DNA from: Torpedo marmorata
Taxonomy: Eukaryota
DNA length: 64,000 nt
NCBI GenBank assembly: GCA_977017645.1
Contig: OZ360219.1
Span: forward strand, 253,766,001-253,830,000
Direction of reading: 5' to 3'
Shown: positions 50,569-63,029 of the stretch, piece by piece
Layout: every line of letters begins with the position of its first letter
Position numbering within the stretch: the stretch's first letter is position 1
Made by a program: the position numbers and the translations under genes
The notes under the pieces: model-generated
Database searches by the model: none
Told to the model about the DNA's origin: nothing
Seen by the model: the letters and a program-made list of their open reading frames with translations, nothing else

Positions 50569-52260
50569 CTGCAGAGAAATGAATGCACTGCATTGAAAAG
50601 GTGGACACATTGCACAAGAAATGGAACAGTAAAATTAACAGCCTGTTTTAAAGAAGAGTGCAAAGAACACAATATCAACCTCGTCGAACATCACTGGAAG
50701 ATTTAGTATGATATTCCTAATCCTCAATTCCAATTATAAGACAAAACAGGCCTTAAAATCATTTCATAAATTGATAGGATTTTATTGTGGTCTCATACTT
50801 CTATTAAAATTTTGGTCTCCTGGTTTCTCAGCAGCTGTTCAAAGTATGTGGTATGTCTTAAATATTTGTTTTTTAATCAGTTTGTATGTACCTGTTTTTA
50901 CATCAAACATTCTTACAAAATGCACAGCAGGGATTCAGTGCAGAGAAACATTCCATTTTCCGCCTCATCAGCACTTTGGCAACAGCATTCAAAGACATGG
51001 CTCAGCTGCTTTCTATTCTTCTCTGTACTGCTGCTGTGCTGTTGTGTTTGTGTTTCATCGGTTTATCTGTCACAGAGGGATCTGTCCATGATAGAGTTAT
51101 TGATAGTTCTGACCAATATATAGTCCTTTTAGGGATGACGTCCCATCTTTACTTTGAGGACACCCTCTATTGTGTTGTGTGGGATGACCATTGTGCTAAA
51201 TGGGACAGATTCAGAACAAATCAATTAAAAACTGAGAATGCATGAGGCATTCTGCAGCAACAATGTTCTACTGCCATCTTTAACCTCATGCCCAGTATAC
51301 ATTTTACTCTAACCATCCAGCCACAGAACCAAGCCTTCTCCAATGGAAATTGCTCAGGTCCATGTTGGGAATGTACCTAAAAATGAATGCCAACCTGATA
51401 AAATTATCACACAAGATTCCATGCCTCAAATGCACAACCTTTTCCTTTTTATCTCCAACCTCTCCTCATGCTTGTTTGTACCACTCAATCCTGATCATTA
51501 ATCATGCCTTGGTTGCCTCTATCCAATGCAATTCTGTCTGCCTTCCCTCAGCCAACTGAATATAAACGAGACCATCTACAAGTCATCTATTTAGGTCCTA
51601 ACTCATACCAGTTTCACTTCACCTATTCTCCATGTTGACCTTCAAAGTCAAGCTAAGACCTCGATGTTGAACTTCAAATATTGTTTTCAAATTCCATGGC
51701 TCTTAAACATTCCCAAATTTAATCTTTCTACCATTGGTATAGTGCCTCAGCTCCTAAACTTTGGAATTTCTGCCCTTAACCTTTCTATCTTTCTCTCTCC
51801 TTCAAGATGCTTTTTAAAACTTTCACCAAGGTTTTGATTATTTGCATTCTTATCTTCTTATTGAATGATGTCAATGTTTATTTGATAACTATCCTGAGCA
51901 ATGCTTTGAAAAGTTTCACTGTGTTAAAGGTGCTTTGCCAGTTGCTGCTATTGGTTGTTTAGCTGAAAAGTTGGGCACCTGTGGTACATGAACAAATTGG
52001 GGAAGGTAAGAATGGTAAGTAACATTGTACAGTTGGTTTTAACAATTATTTCTAATGGTATCCAATAATGCTGAACACTTTTTTCTTCCAAAATGCAGCT
52101 CATAATCAATTAGAGTGAAGTTTTTCAAGTGACTCCACAAATAAGTTGAGCATGTGCCATTTTCACATTCAAATCAGTGACAAAACATTAGCCAAACTTG
52201 TCCATCTTGGAGCAGAGTAGCTCATTTATACTTCATGGAAATGCATTGGGCTTCGGGTTA

Positions 52261-53045
52261 CACTGGACAACAATTTTTTTCAAAAGGTTTGCTTCCTGAC
52301 AAAAAAATGGGGATTATGATAGACAACTTCAAGCTGAACACAAAGATAATTTCAGATTTGCTGTATCACTTAGGAACTTGGAGAAACATTAAATTAACTT
52401 TTATTGAATTTAGCATGTTTAATCGCATAATGATGCTGGCACATTGCGTTAGTTGAACTGACCTAAAAATGTTTTGCCACTGATTTTTGTTTGTACTCAG
52501 ATCTGATGCCTCTCGTGTCAGTGTCCAACAATAGTCGGCCAGCATAGATGGATTCCAGTTGCCCTGATACCGCTTTTCTATGGTTGCAATGTCCTGGTGA
52601 AACCTTTCACCATGTTCGTCATTGACTGCACCAAGATGAGCAGGGAAGAAGTCCAAGTGCGAAAGAAAGAAAATGAATTTTCAATGACATGTTTCACTTC
52701 ATGGTTTTGTATGCTTGAAGCATGTTGTCAATCAGCTGGATGTAGTTTGGTGCTCTGTAGTTGCCAAGAGTGAGCTGCTTTTATAGCTTGTCTGCATCTA
52801 TCCTGACTAAGCATGCCCAGGTCTAAGAAAACATTTGCATAGCACCTGCACTGAGTGACTAAAACTGTTTGCTTTGTGGGCAATATACTAGTAGACTTAA
52901 AATATGACAGGAAATCACAAAAATAGGTTATATATCGAAAATGGTACGTGATAGGAAAATTTTAAGTGATTTTCGTGATCAGCAGCCCAAAATCCATTAA
53001 ATACACCCAAAAGTGTTCGGGAAGCAAAATCTTCGTTGTCCAGTG
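52261..53045 (-). mobile_element. Chapaev3-like (CMC superfamily) DNA transposon, internally deleted
   Basis: TIR CACTGGACAAC at both ends and TTA TSD. Transposase C-terminus MSLKIHF...DFFPAHLGAVNDEHGERFHQDIATIEKRYQGNWNPSMLADYCW. Confidence 0.8.
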
Positions 53046-53486
53046 TTATTTGCATGATAGGATCTTATAATTTCTTATTTTAAATAGTAAACTGAATGTT
53101 AATGAATATTTGCTAACCAGTCTCTCAAATATGTTATCACACTTGCTAAGCATGAATTTCCAGTATGAATGCAGCTTTTCAGATAGAGCAGTGGTCTCTA
53201 TGGCATTTCTCTGAAAATAAAGATGTGAAAGCACAAGTGACATTGTTTGAAAAAATATCTTTAGTTCCACCCATTAGGCTATAATTGATCCTTTTGTATG
53301 ATTATAACATCTTGTAGCATACTAACACTTTGTACAGGATCTCGCATTTTCAAGATGAATTATTTTCCTGAGAACGTTTGCATTGAAATACAGTTAAACT
53401 TGTATCACAAAAAGCACTGCAGCCAATGAAACATTAGACTAGCCACTGTTTCAATTTAGAAAATACAACTGAATTGTCATGTAACA

Positions 53487-53706
53487 GGGTGATACGGTTA
53501 GCGTAGTGGTTAGCACAACGCCGTTACAGCGCCAGCGATTGGGACCGGGGCTCGAATCCCACGCTGAATGTAAGGAGTATGTCTGCGTGGTTTTCCTCCG
53601 GAGGCTCCGGTTTCCTCCCACCGTTCAAAACATACCTGGGGTTGTAGGTTTATTGGGTGTAATTGGGCAGCACGGGCTTGTGTTACTGCGCTGTATGTCT
53701 AAATTT
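53487..53706 (+). mobile_element. V-SINE, internally deleted
   Basis: Same head and tail as the 45700 copy. Confidence 0.85.
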
Positions 53707-54479
53707 TAAAAAAAATTAATAAAGCTATATACACCTTTAACATGATGTGTGAATAGTAATCAAGGCTGAAATCACAGTTTTTGACTTAAATATGTTAAAT
53801 TATCTCAATTCATTTTGGTACTGATGGCTAAACATACCTTAAAATCAATAATAGTTATGTTCTTGAATTATTGAAGGGAAGTACAGTAATAAACATGGAG
53901 ATTATCATTAATTCCATTCATTTCTAAAGTATGAGATCTCCCTTGGCTTTTATAAGCAACGAATCAAAACTGTAAATGCTGGAAAGACTTATATCCTGAG
54001 AAGGGACAGACACCCACCAATGCCTGAACTATAGATCCTTTCCAAAATGATGCCAGGTATCCTGTTCATTTTGGGCAGCAAACTATGTTTATTTTTCATA
54101 TATTTTTGTTTCATGTTTGAATAGCAATGCTGAAGTTAATAAGATGGGATGACTGATTGTATGAAAAATTACGTCCAAATTCAGGGGGAGGGTGTTGTGG
54201 GGAAGCTGGACTCTTGTAAGTAACTAAATATGGCATTCAATAACATTCTGAACACAATTAGTCAAACTGCATGATTCACAAGGGTATATTGGAATTATTT
54301 TCTCAGTATTTGCAACCATTCAATGTTTACTGCTGACCTCAATGCACTTACCTTCTACAGAATCCCTCTGTAGCTCAGCCAGTTGTCAAATTTTTCTAAA
54401 TAGTATGAATATTTCTGACATTCAGAAACATTCAAAAACATTACAAAACCATTAAAAATTAAACTATTTTAAAAAAAAT

Positions 54480-55790
54480 TTAAAAAATATTTTATTTAAA
54501 AATTTTAATCACACGATAATACATGTTTATAAAATACAAAATTATCAAAATACATGTGATATATTTTCACCCTCCCCTCCCTAACCCACCCACCCCCTCT
54601 ACTCTACTAAAAAAATAAAGAAAATAAAGAAAAAAAGAATAGAGTGTGGAGAATGTTGTTCTAAAAGAAACAACTATAATTTTATTGTGGAACACAGGTT
54701 CACCAGTCAGACTCGATATCAAGAGGTCTTAAATCCTTAAACCCACAGTTTTTATATATGGGCTCCATACCTTCAAAAAAAAAAAAATTATTATGTAAAT
54801 TATAAGTAATTTTTTCAAGTGGTATGCATGAACGAAGTTCTGCATGCCATCTTTCTAACCCTAAATCTACATCAGATTTCCATGTAATAGCAATTCATTT
54901 CTTTGAAACAGCTAAAGCAATTCGCAAAAATTCTATTTGGTACATATTTAATCTCATTTTAATACTAATTCTTTTAATATCTCCAAACAAAAATATCATA
55001 GGATCCATTGGGAGTATAATTCTCAATACTTTATCAAAATTTTTTAAACTTTCAACCAAAAATCATATATCTTTGAACAAAACCACGTAGAATGCACAAA
55101 AGAACCTTCCTCTTTATTACATCTAAAACATAAACCTAATAATGTCGGATTAAATTTTTTTAGTTTCTTAGGCGTTAAATATAACTGATGCAAAAAGTTA
55201 TATTGCACTAACCTATATCTAACATTAATAATCTTTGTCATACTTTGTTTACATATTTCTTTCCAACGTTCCTCATCTATTATTACATTCAGATCTAATT
55301 CCTATTTTAACCTTGATTTATGAATTCCTGGTTTAGGCATTTTTTTCTGTAACAATCTATACATTTGAGAAATAAATGTATTTATACCCCAATTAATAAC
55401 TAATAGCTCCAATTCACTTTGTCTTGGTAAGATTAAGCTATGCCCTAACTTTTCAACCAAAAATGCTCTTATTTGATAATAAGCAAAGAGTGTATTATTT
55501 AATACATTAAACTTCTCTTTCATTCTTTGAAAAGTGATACATTTACCAGCTTCAAAACAGTTATTTACTTTTTTAATCCCTTTTTGAAACCAAATTTTAA
55601 ACAATTGATTATCAATAGTAAATGGGATAAGTTTATTTTGATATAAAGGCATTTTACAAGAAATTAACCCTTTCCCTCCTATCTCCCTATCCAGTTTATT
55701 CCATATTTCTAACAAATGCCTTAAAATAGGAGAGTTTTTACCTCCTCTTAATAATAATTTAGAATTCCATTTATAAATAACTTCTTTCAA
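54480..55790 (-). mobile_element. L1-clade LINE 3' fragment (ORF2 C-terminus with CCHC knuckle)
   Basis: QYNFLHQLYLTP...CFRCNKEEGSFVHSTWFC, G-rich 3'UTR tract and AATAAA near 54490. Confidence 0.85.
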
Positions 55791-56359
55791 ATCTTGTAAA
55801 AATTAAAAACTTTAAAAATAATAAATTAGAATACTTAAAAACATAAAATATTTAAATAAACAGAGCCAACTAAAAGAATCTAATAAAAACTTGCCTGAAA
55901 CCCTTGCAGCCGTTCACCATCACCAGGATTGGAGGAGAGAATTCCTTGTGCCAAGACTTCCCCAGCACAGGATCTTCAAGTGGAATCCCCAGTGTAAGTG
56001 GCTGGGATTGTTGCAACTTCACCCTCCACTGCTGGGCTCTGTGAATCCAGCTTCCAGCAAGCACAGGGTTTCTGTGTTCATGCTCATTTGCATGGAAATC
56101 CCAAATGTGCCAACACGTCCATGTGGAATTCCTGTCATTTCTCTGCAAGATCCGGCCCATTACCACCAGACTCACAAAAGAAGTAAATCGGCAGTAGGTG
56201 GCAGGATTATTTATGATAGCAGTGAATGCAATATGCAAATTTTATTGTAATGCACCCATTTAATATGGAACCTCCTACCCAATTAAACAGTTGAATGTTT
56301 GGTTGTGGTTATATCATAGAATTGTGGAATCATGGAGGAATTACAACACAGAAGGAGAT

Positions 56360-56751
56360 TCACAAGTTCACAAGATCTAGGAGCAGAAGTAGGGCCATTG
56401 GCCCATCTGTCTGCTCCACCATTCTAATCATGAGCTGATCCATCCTCCCACTCAGCCCCACTCCCTGGCTTTCTCCCTGTATCCCTTGATGCCCTGACTA
56501 ATAAAATACCTGTCAATCTCTGCCTTGAATACACCCAATGACCTCGCTTCCACAGCTGTCTGTGGCAACAAGTTCCACAGACTCATGACCCTCTGACTGA
56601 AGAAATTTTTCCACATATCTGTTTTAAATTGATGCACTTTTATCCTGAAGTTATACCCTCTTGTCCTAGAATCCACTACCATGGGAAACATCGGGGAAAC
56701 ATCCTTGCCACATCTAAACATCCTTGCCACATCTAAACATTCTTGCCACAT
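56360..56751 (-). mobile_element. CR1 3' end with a 19-bp triplication at its 5' junction
   Basis: SRTRGYNFRI...KNFFSQRVMSLWNLLP. (AAACATCCTTGCCACATCT)x3 at 56697-56751. Confidence 0.85.
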
Positions 56752-57100
56752 TGGTTATTCTGATCTCATGTCCACACCAGTCAAAAACAAATGGCCCAGT
56801 CCAGCATTATCATCCAATGGTGATCTGCAAAACCAGCCATCAGATAACTTGGACTGAATGGACCAAGTTCTGATTAAGCAGCTACAAAATGTAGGATCTA
56901 TACCAATATGAATGTGATAAGTACAATGGCACTGCTTCAGTGTCCTGATTCCAGCATCATCTCCATAATGGTGGACCAAAATGAGGTGCTAAAGTGTATG
57001 GAACTGAGGAACATTCTAAATACAATACTTTTGGTGCAAAATATTCTGATTTTTTTTTCTGTTTTTCCATTGTATGTAATGAATATAGTGAATTACTTAC

Positions 57101-57181
57101 CTTCTCTCTGTTGCTGGGGTATCATTGGAGGTGGCTGTGGAAAGGCTTGACTAATCTGACCGTAAGCAGCAGGATAGGCAG
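57101..57181 (-). CDS. CELF4: CELF4 coding exon (end of divergent linker)
   Basis: Minus strand: ttacag|CT GCC TAT CCT GCT GCT TAC GGT CAG...CAG AGA GAA G|gtaagt. Translates [26 protein letters not shown], which I recall as the CELF4 segment before RRM3. 81 nt, phase 1/1, canonical AG/GT. Confidence 0.95.
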
Positions 57182-58307
57182 CTGTAATGCAGAAATGATG
57201 TGTCATGTTAGTATTTTGTAGAGTCACTATACATGCAAAATGTACAAAAGTGAGAAACCATTTAAAATGTATTTAATATTTATCAAGTGTCCCTCACATA
57301 TTATTCCTTTATTTGAAAACCATGAATGTATTTTATCGATCAGCTAGCTACTTTATGTTCTCTGATGAAGGTGATAATAAGCAATACTGGTGATTCATTA
57401 CTACATGTCAGCAAGCGAGAATGCAACTAATTTCTATTGCTTTTGCGTCCAAGTGGAAATCGTCTAACTCAAAATATTTGAGTTAGGCCAATAGCAACAA
57501 CGCAGGTTCTTGATAATCTCCAAACAAAAGCACTTCTCGCAGATAGGCAGTAACTTCTTTGCTAACACAAATTTGAACAGCTCAATAAAACCTCTTTTAT
57601 ATCAGGGAAGTGATGTGATTTTTCCACAATGCAAATGGAAATCAATTCAAAATAAATGGCAGCAGACAGTGACATTTCAATATATTGATATTTCCCTCAT
57701 GTGGAATTATTATAATCATTAAAGGTCTGGGGGTAAAATTATGGTTGTTACAAAACTTAAAACATCAAGCAGATTGTGGAGATCAATATGGTTATCTATG
57801 ACTTTTTGCAATTGGTTTGGAAATGCCTGTGTTTCTCTTTCCATGAGGCTTCTGTAAGTAGCCACAACTTTTATTAAATATTGCTGAAAACAGATGATAT
57901 CTGATTGTCCAAAATATACGATACCTAACTTTCCTTTGCATTAAAACCAAATCAGTCAAATAATAATTGCTGATTGTAATATGGTATTGACTGTAGTATG
58001 CCACCTGAGGAAAGTTAAATTATCCCTCTGCAGTGTTTAATCTGCAGGCAATCTCTTTGAATGTTATTATTGTTGCTCTATTTGTCAGAGGTAAAGATAA
58101 CCAGATTGGGAAGGACTTCTTTTCACAGGACTTCTTTAGCTCCTATTTTATATGTTTCAGATACTGTAGCTACAATTAGCAAACAGTATTACAATATAGA
58201 TCAAAATATCAAAGCACTTGTGTTGCTCACATTAAAAATACTTGATTTCACAGGTGGGGCAGAGTTGATTGATTCACTTTTAAGTAAATCTTAGATTTGG
58301 TTCAAAT

Positions 58308-58905
58308 GGCGGCATGGTTAGCATTGTAGTTAGCGCAATGGTTTTTCCCTGGATACTCCAGTTTCCTCCCACCCTCCAAAACGTACAGGGCTGGAACGTT
58401 AATTGGGAAGGATGAGTTTCATGGGCCGGAAGGGCCTTCTACTGTGCTCTATTGGTTCTTATTCAGCGATATGGAGAGGATACAATTTCCTAGAAAGCTC
58501 CATATCTAAAGAATTAGAGTTCAGTTGAAGGTCAACCAGCCACTTTCTCCAACTGGTTCTTTGAAGAAGCTATTCAGTCAGTCCCTATCCTTTCCCCAAA
58601 ACCTTGCAAACTTTCTTTATTTCAAATGAAAATCAAATTCCCTTCAAATTTATCTAATTTAGACATACAGCATGGTATCAGGCCCTTTCAGCCCATGAGC
58701 CCGTGCCACCCAATTACACCCATTTGACCTACACCCCGGTATGTTTTTGAAGCATGGGAGGAAACCGAAGCCCCCGGGGAAAACCCACGCAGACACGGGG
58801 AAAATGTACAATCTCCTTACAGACAGTGTGGGATTTGAACCCCCGGTTCCGATCGCTGGCGCTGTAACAGTGTTGCACTAACCGCTATGTTAACTGTGCC
58901 GCCCC
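58308..58905. mobile_element. Two V-SINEs: deleted copy on + (58308-58450) and full copy on - (58655-58905)
   Basis: Family head, V-domain and tail as in the other copies. Confidence 0.85.
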
Positions 58906-58975
58906 AGTATAGTCATAAACTTCCTGGTAACTACAATCAGATTTAATTTATATCTGAAATTCGAAGAAAATAACT

Positions 58976-59326
58976 CAGGGTTGGCGCCAAGGGGAGGCCT
59001 TCGCGGGCATTGCCCCCCCAAGTGAGGTGCTGTGCCCCCCATCGCTTGCCATCAGACCCGCCCCCGCCCGCGACACTAGCGTGCGTCAAGCATCACTAGC
59101 GTCTAGCTTGACGCACGCTAGAGACTCTCCACCTGCCCCCGTCACTATCGTGCGTCAAGCATCACTAGCGCAGACTCTCGACGCAATAAAAGCTACCGTC
59201 GGAGGATGTTTACGTCCGTTCGGATCGGATGGTAGTCCACCAGCACCCCCCCCCGCTGAGTGAGTGCCCCCCCCACCCTGGTTACCCTAATGCCCCCCTC
59301 TAACACTCGTTCTGGCGCCGACCCTG
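58976..59326. mobile_element. hAT-type MITE, CpG-rich
   Basis: 14-bp TIR CAGGGTTGGCGCCA and TGGCGCCGACCCTG. 8-bp TSD AAATAACT/TAATAACT. Confidence 0.85.
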
Positions 59327-59627
59327 TAATAACTTAAATTTGTTCCATTTTGATAGATGCCCCTGAATTTCAGATTTCTTTCAAGGGTGAGCAGAGTAGT
59401 TAATCCACCTTGAATTATGGTGAGATAAAAACAGAAACAAATGATAAACATTACTAAAGCAAAAATCGTGATAAAAAGTTATTAAAGCAGACAATCATGG
59501 TAAATAGCTGTATTTGGTAGACATAGTACACCCCTGGGATAAGCATGAGGATCATTGCTTTTTTTGTTATCCTTTTAATGTCTTAGATATGAGTGAATTG
59601 AGCAAAATGATAAAGCATGTGAAAGAT

Positions 59628-60542
59628 AGAACCATAGAACCATAGAACATTACAGCACAGAAAACAGACCCTTCGGCCCTTCTAGTCTGTTCCGAACTAT
59701 TATTCTGCCTAGTCCCACTGACCTGCACCCATTCCTTATCCCTCCATCACCCTCCCATCTATGTACCTGTCCAAATTTTTATTAAATGTTAAAATTGAGC
59801 CCGCATTCACCACTTCAGTTGACAGCTCGTTCCATACTCCCACCACTCTCTGTGTGAAGAAATTCCTCCTAATGTTCTCCCTAAACTTTTCCCCTTCCAC
59901 TCTTAACCCTTGTCCTCTGGTTTGCATCTCACCTAACCTCAGTGGAAAAGCCTACTTGCATTTATTCTATGCATACCCATCATAATTTTGTATGCCTCAA
60001 TCAAATCTCCCCATTATTCTCCTATGCTCCAGGGAATAAAGTCCTAACCTGTTTACATTTCCCTGTAACTCAGTTTCTCAAGTACTAGCAACATCCCAGT
60101 AAATCTTCTCTGCACTCTTTCAATTTTATTGATATCTTTCCTATAGTTAGGTGACCAAAACTGCACACAATACTCCAAATTTGGCCTCAATAATGTCTTA
60201 TACAATTTTACCATAACATCCCAACTCCTTTACTCAATATTTTGATTTATCAAGACTAATGTGCCGAAAGCTCTTTTTACGACCCTATTGGCCCGTGATG
60301 CCACTTTTAGGGAATTATGTATCTGTATTCCCAGATCCCTCTGATCTACAACAATCGTCAGTGCCCTACCATTTACCACGTATGTCCTATCTTGGTTTGT
60401 CCTTTCAAATTGCAACTCCTCACACTTGTCTGCATTAAATTCCATCCACCATTTTGCAGCCCATTTTTCTAGCTGGTCCAGATCTCTCTGCAAGCCTTGA
60501 AAGACTTCCTCGCTGTTCACTACATCTTCAATCTATGTATCA
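59628..60542 (-). mobile_element. CR1 3' portion, same subfamily as 15398-18818
   Basis: (ATAGAACC)n tail, RRNFFTQRVVGVWNEL and LQRDLDQLEKWA. Confidence 0.92.
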
Positions 60543-60819
60543 AATGGAGGTGTGGTAAACAGTGAGGATGTCAGTAATAAATCCAAGGAGATGTAGATAG
60601 GTTAAGAAAAAAATCATAAATTGCAGGTAAAATTAAATATAGTAAAATTGGAAGTGTTACACTTTGGAAGAAAGAAAATGGAGTAAGGATATTGACTAAA
60701 TGGCACAGTTCTAAAGGATGTGCAGGAGTAGAGGGACCAGGGCATATATGTGTGAGATCCTTGATGGTGACGGCATTTTGAGAGACCAGTTAGGAAAACA
60801 GATGGAATCTGAGGTCTCA

Positions 60820-61695
60820 CAAATGGAGGACTACCAGACCTATGCATAAGGTCTTCAACTGACAACAACCCTGCCCTCAATAACACCAAAATATGGAGCT
60901 GATTGTAGACTTCAGGAAGGGAAAACCAGACGTGTGTGATCTAGTGATCATTGGGGGATCAGAGGTGGTGAGAAAATTTAAGTTCTTGGGAGTCACTATC
61001 TCAGAGGATCTTTCCTGGATCCAACACACTAATGGCATTGTGAAGAAAGCACGTCAGTGCCTCTACTGCCTCAGGAGTTTACGGAGGTTTGGTATGACAC
61101 AAGAAACCCTGGCAAATTTATACAGGTGTGTGGTGGAAAGTGTGCTGACCGGCTGCATCACGTTCTGGTATGGGGATACCAATACCCCTGAGTGTAAAGC
61201 CCTGCAAAAGGTAATGGACACAGCCCAGGACATCACAGGCAAAACCCTCTCCACTATCGAGAACATCTACAGGATCGTTGCCGTCGGAGAGCAGCAGCAA
61301 TCATCAAGGATCCACACCACCCAGCACATGCTCTATTCTCGCTGCTGCCATCAGGAAAGCGGTATAGGTGCCACAAGACTCACACCATCAGGTTCAGGAA
61401 TAGCTGCTACCCCTCCACCATCAGACTCCTCAACAACAAACTCAATCAGGGACTCATTTAAGGACTTTTACTTGTGTACTTTATTGATTTTTTTTATTCT
61501 CTCTGTATTGCACAGTCAGTTTGTTTACATTCGTTATCTGTTTACAGTTCTTTATTTGTTTACATGTATATGCTGTGTACAGTTTTTTTTTACTACCAAT
61601 AAGTGGTAATCCTGCCTCGCCCGCAGAAAAAAGAATCTCAGGGTTGTATGTGATGTCATGTATGTACTCTGGCAATAAATCTGAAATCTGAATCT
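60820..61695 (+). mobile_element. Rex1/Babar 3' portion
   Basis: ELIVDFRK...FKFLGVTISEDLSW...VESVLTGCITFWYG, tail AATAAATCTGAAATCTGAA. Confidence 0.9.
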
Positions 61696-61734
61696 GAGGT
61701 GCATTCTGCTCTCACAGCCAGATGTGAAAGGTCA

Positions 61735-63015
61735 CATGAACTATCACTACAACAGATCAATAGCAGATGCCATCTCGCTTGCCATCCACTCTGCATTAGG
61801 TCATCTGGACCACAAAAACACCTACGACAGGCTGTTCATTGACTTTAGCTCGGTGTTCAACACCATCATACCAGCAAAACTCATGACCAAGCTAAAGGAC
61901 CAGGGACTCTGTCCATCTGCAGCTGGATTCTTGACTTCCTCATCATCAGACTCCAATCAGTGTGGATCTGCAGCATCACCTCCTCCATGCTATCAACACA
62001 GGGGCACCCTAAGGCTGCGTACTTAGTCCCCTAGTCTACTCCCAGTACACCCATGACTGCGCAGACAAGTTCATCACCATCTCAATCTCCAAATTCGCTG
62101 ATGACACCATCATTGTTGGCTGAATAACTGGATATGATAAGTCAGAATATAGGATGATTGGAGATTTAAAACCTGGTTGCGTGGTGCCAGAACAACAATT
62201 TTGGTCTCAATGTCACCAAGATCAAGGATCTTATTTGTAATTTTAGGAAGGAGAGGCTGAGGGACTACACACCTGACTACATTGATGTGACAGACGTGGA
62301 GAGGGTTAGAACCTACAAGTTCCTGGAATTCGATATTTCAAAAATCCTCTCCTGGAGTCAGCACATAGAGGCAACCACGAAGAAGGCACACCAGTGTCTT
62401 ACATTCTAAGAAGTCTAGGAAATTTGGCATGTCGTTGTATCCTGTGATAAACTTCTACAGGTGCACTGTGGAAAGCAAACTGACTGAACGCATTACAGCC
62501 TAGTTTGGGAATTTAAGTGTCCAGGAACGCAGAAAGCTGCAGAAGGTAGCAAACATAGCCAGGCCCGTCACAGGCTCCAACCTCCCATCCATTGTAGACA
62601 TCTACATGAGGCGCTGCTTCAAGAAGGCAGCCAACATCATAAAGGACCCCCATCACCCTGGTCACAACATCATCTCACTGCTAACTTCATACGGAAGGTA
62701 TAGAATCCTGAAAACCAGCACCTCTAGGTTCAAGAATAGTTTCTTTCCAACAGCTATCAAGCTCTTGTATCTCCCCTTTTACACTAATTGTGGACTGGTC
62801 CGACAGCAAAAAGGACTATCTGTACTATTTGCAAGTCACTTTTTTTTCCACTGTGAATATTGATAATCTATATGTCTAATGCACTTATTGTCTCTTTTAA
62901 TTCAATTAGTTTGCTAGTTTTTCTTTACAAGTACCTGTTCACCTGCAGCAAGTAAGAATTTTAGTGCATATGTACATTGTACAATATATATGACAATAAG
63001 CTTACTATCATCATT
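61735..63015 (+). mobile_element. Rex1/Babar RT fragment, older
   Basis: NRSIADAI...RLFIDFSSVFNTIIP, ttcgctgatgacacc (FADDT) and RFKNSFFP. Confidence 0.88.
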
Positions 63016-63029
63016 ATTTTGAAGAATAT

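Noticed and set aside
50411-50617. ORF-track ends MCNVSTF... and ...GGYR* as a single-exon protein
   Set aside because: These are intronic read-through around the 144-nt exon, which has canonical splice sites.
49864-51245. 110-154 aa ORFs antisense to the RRM3 exon
   Set aside because: Composition is like random intronic sequence, there are no recognisable domains, and some have non-ATG starts.
38412-57181. Assignment to CELF3, CELF5 or CELF6
   Set aside because: RRM3 alone is ambiguous, but [44 protein letters not shown] and the UTR motif fit CELF4 best as I recall them. Phylogeny or synteny would confirm.
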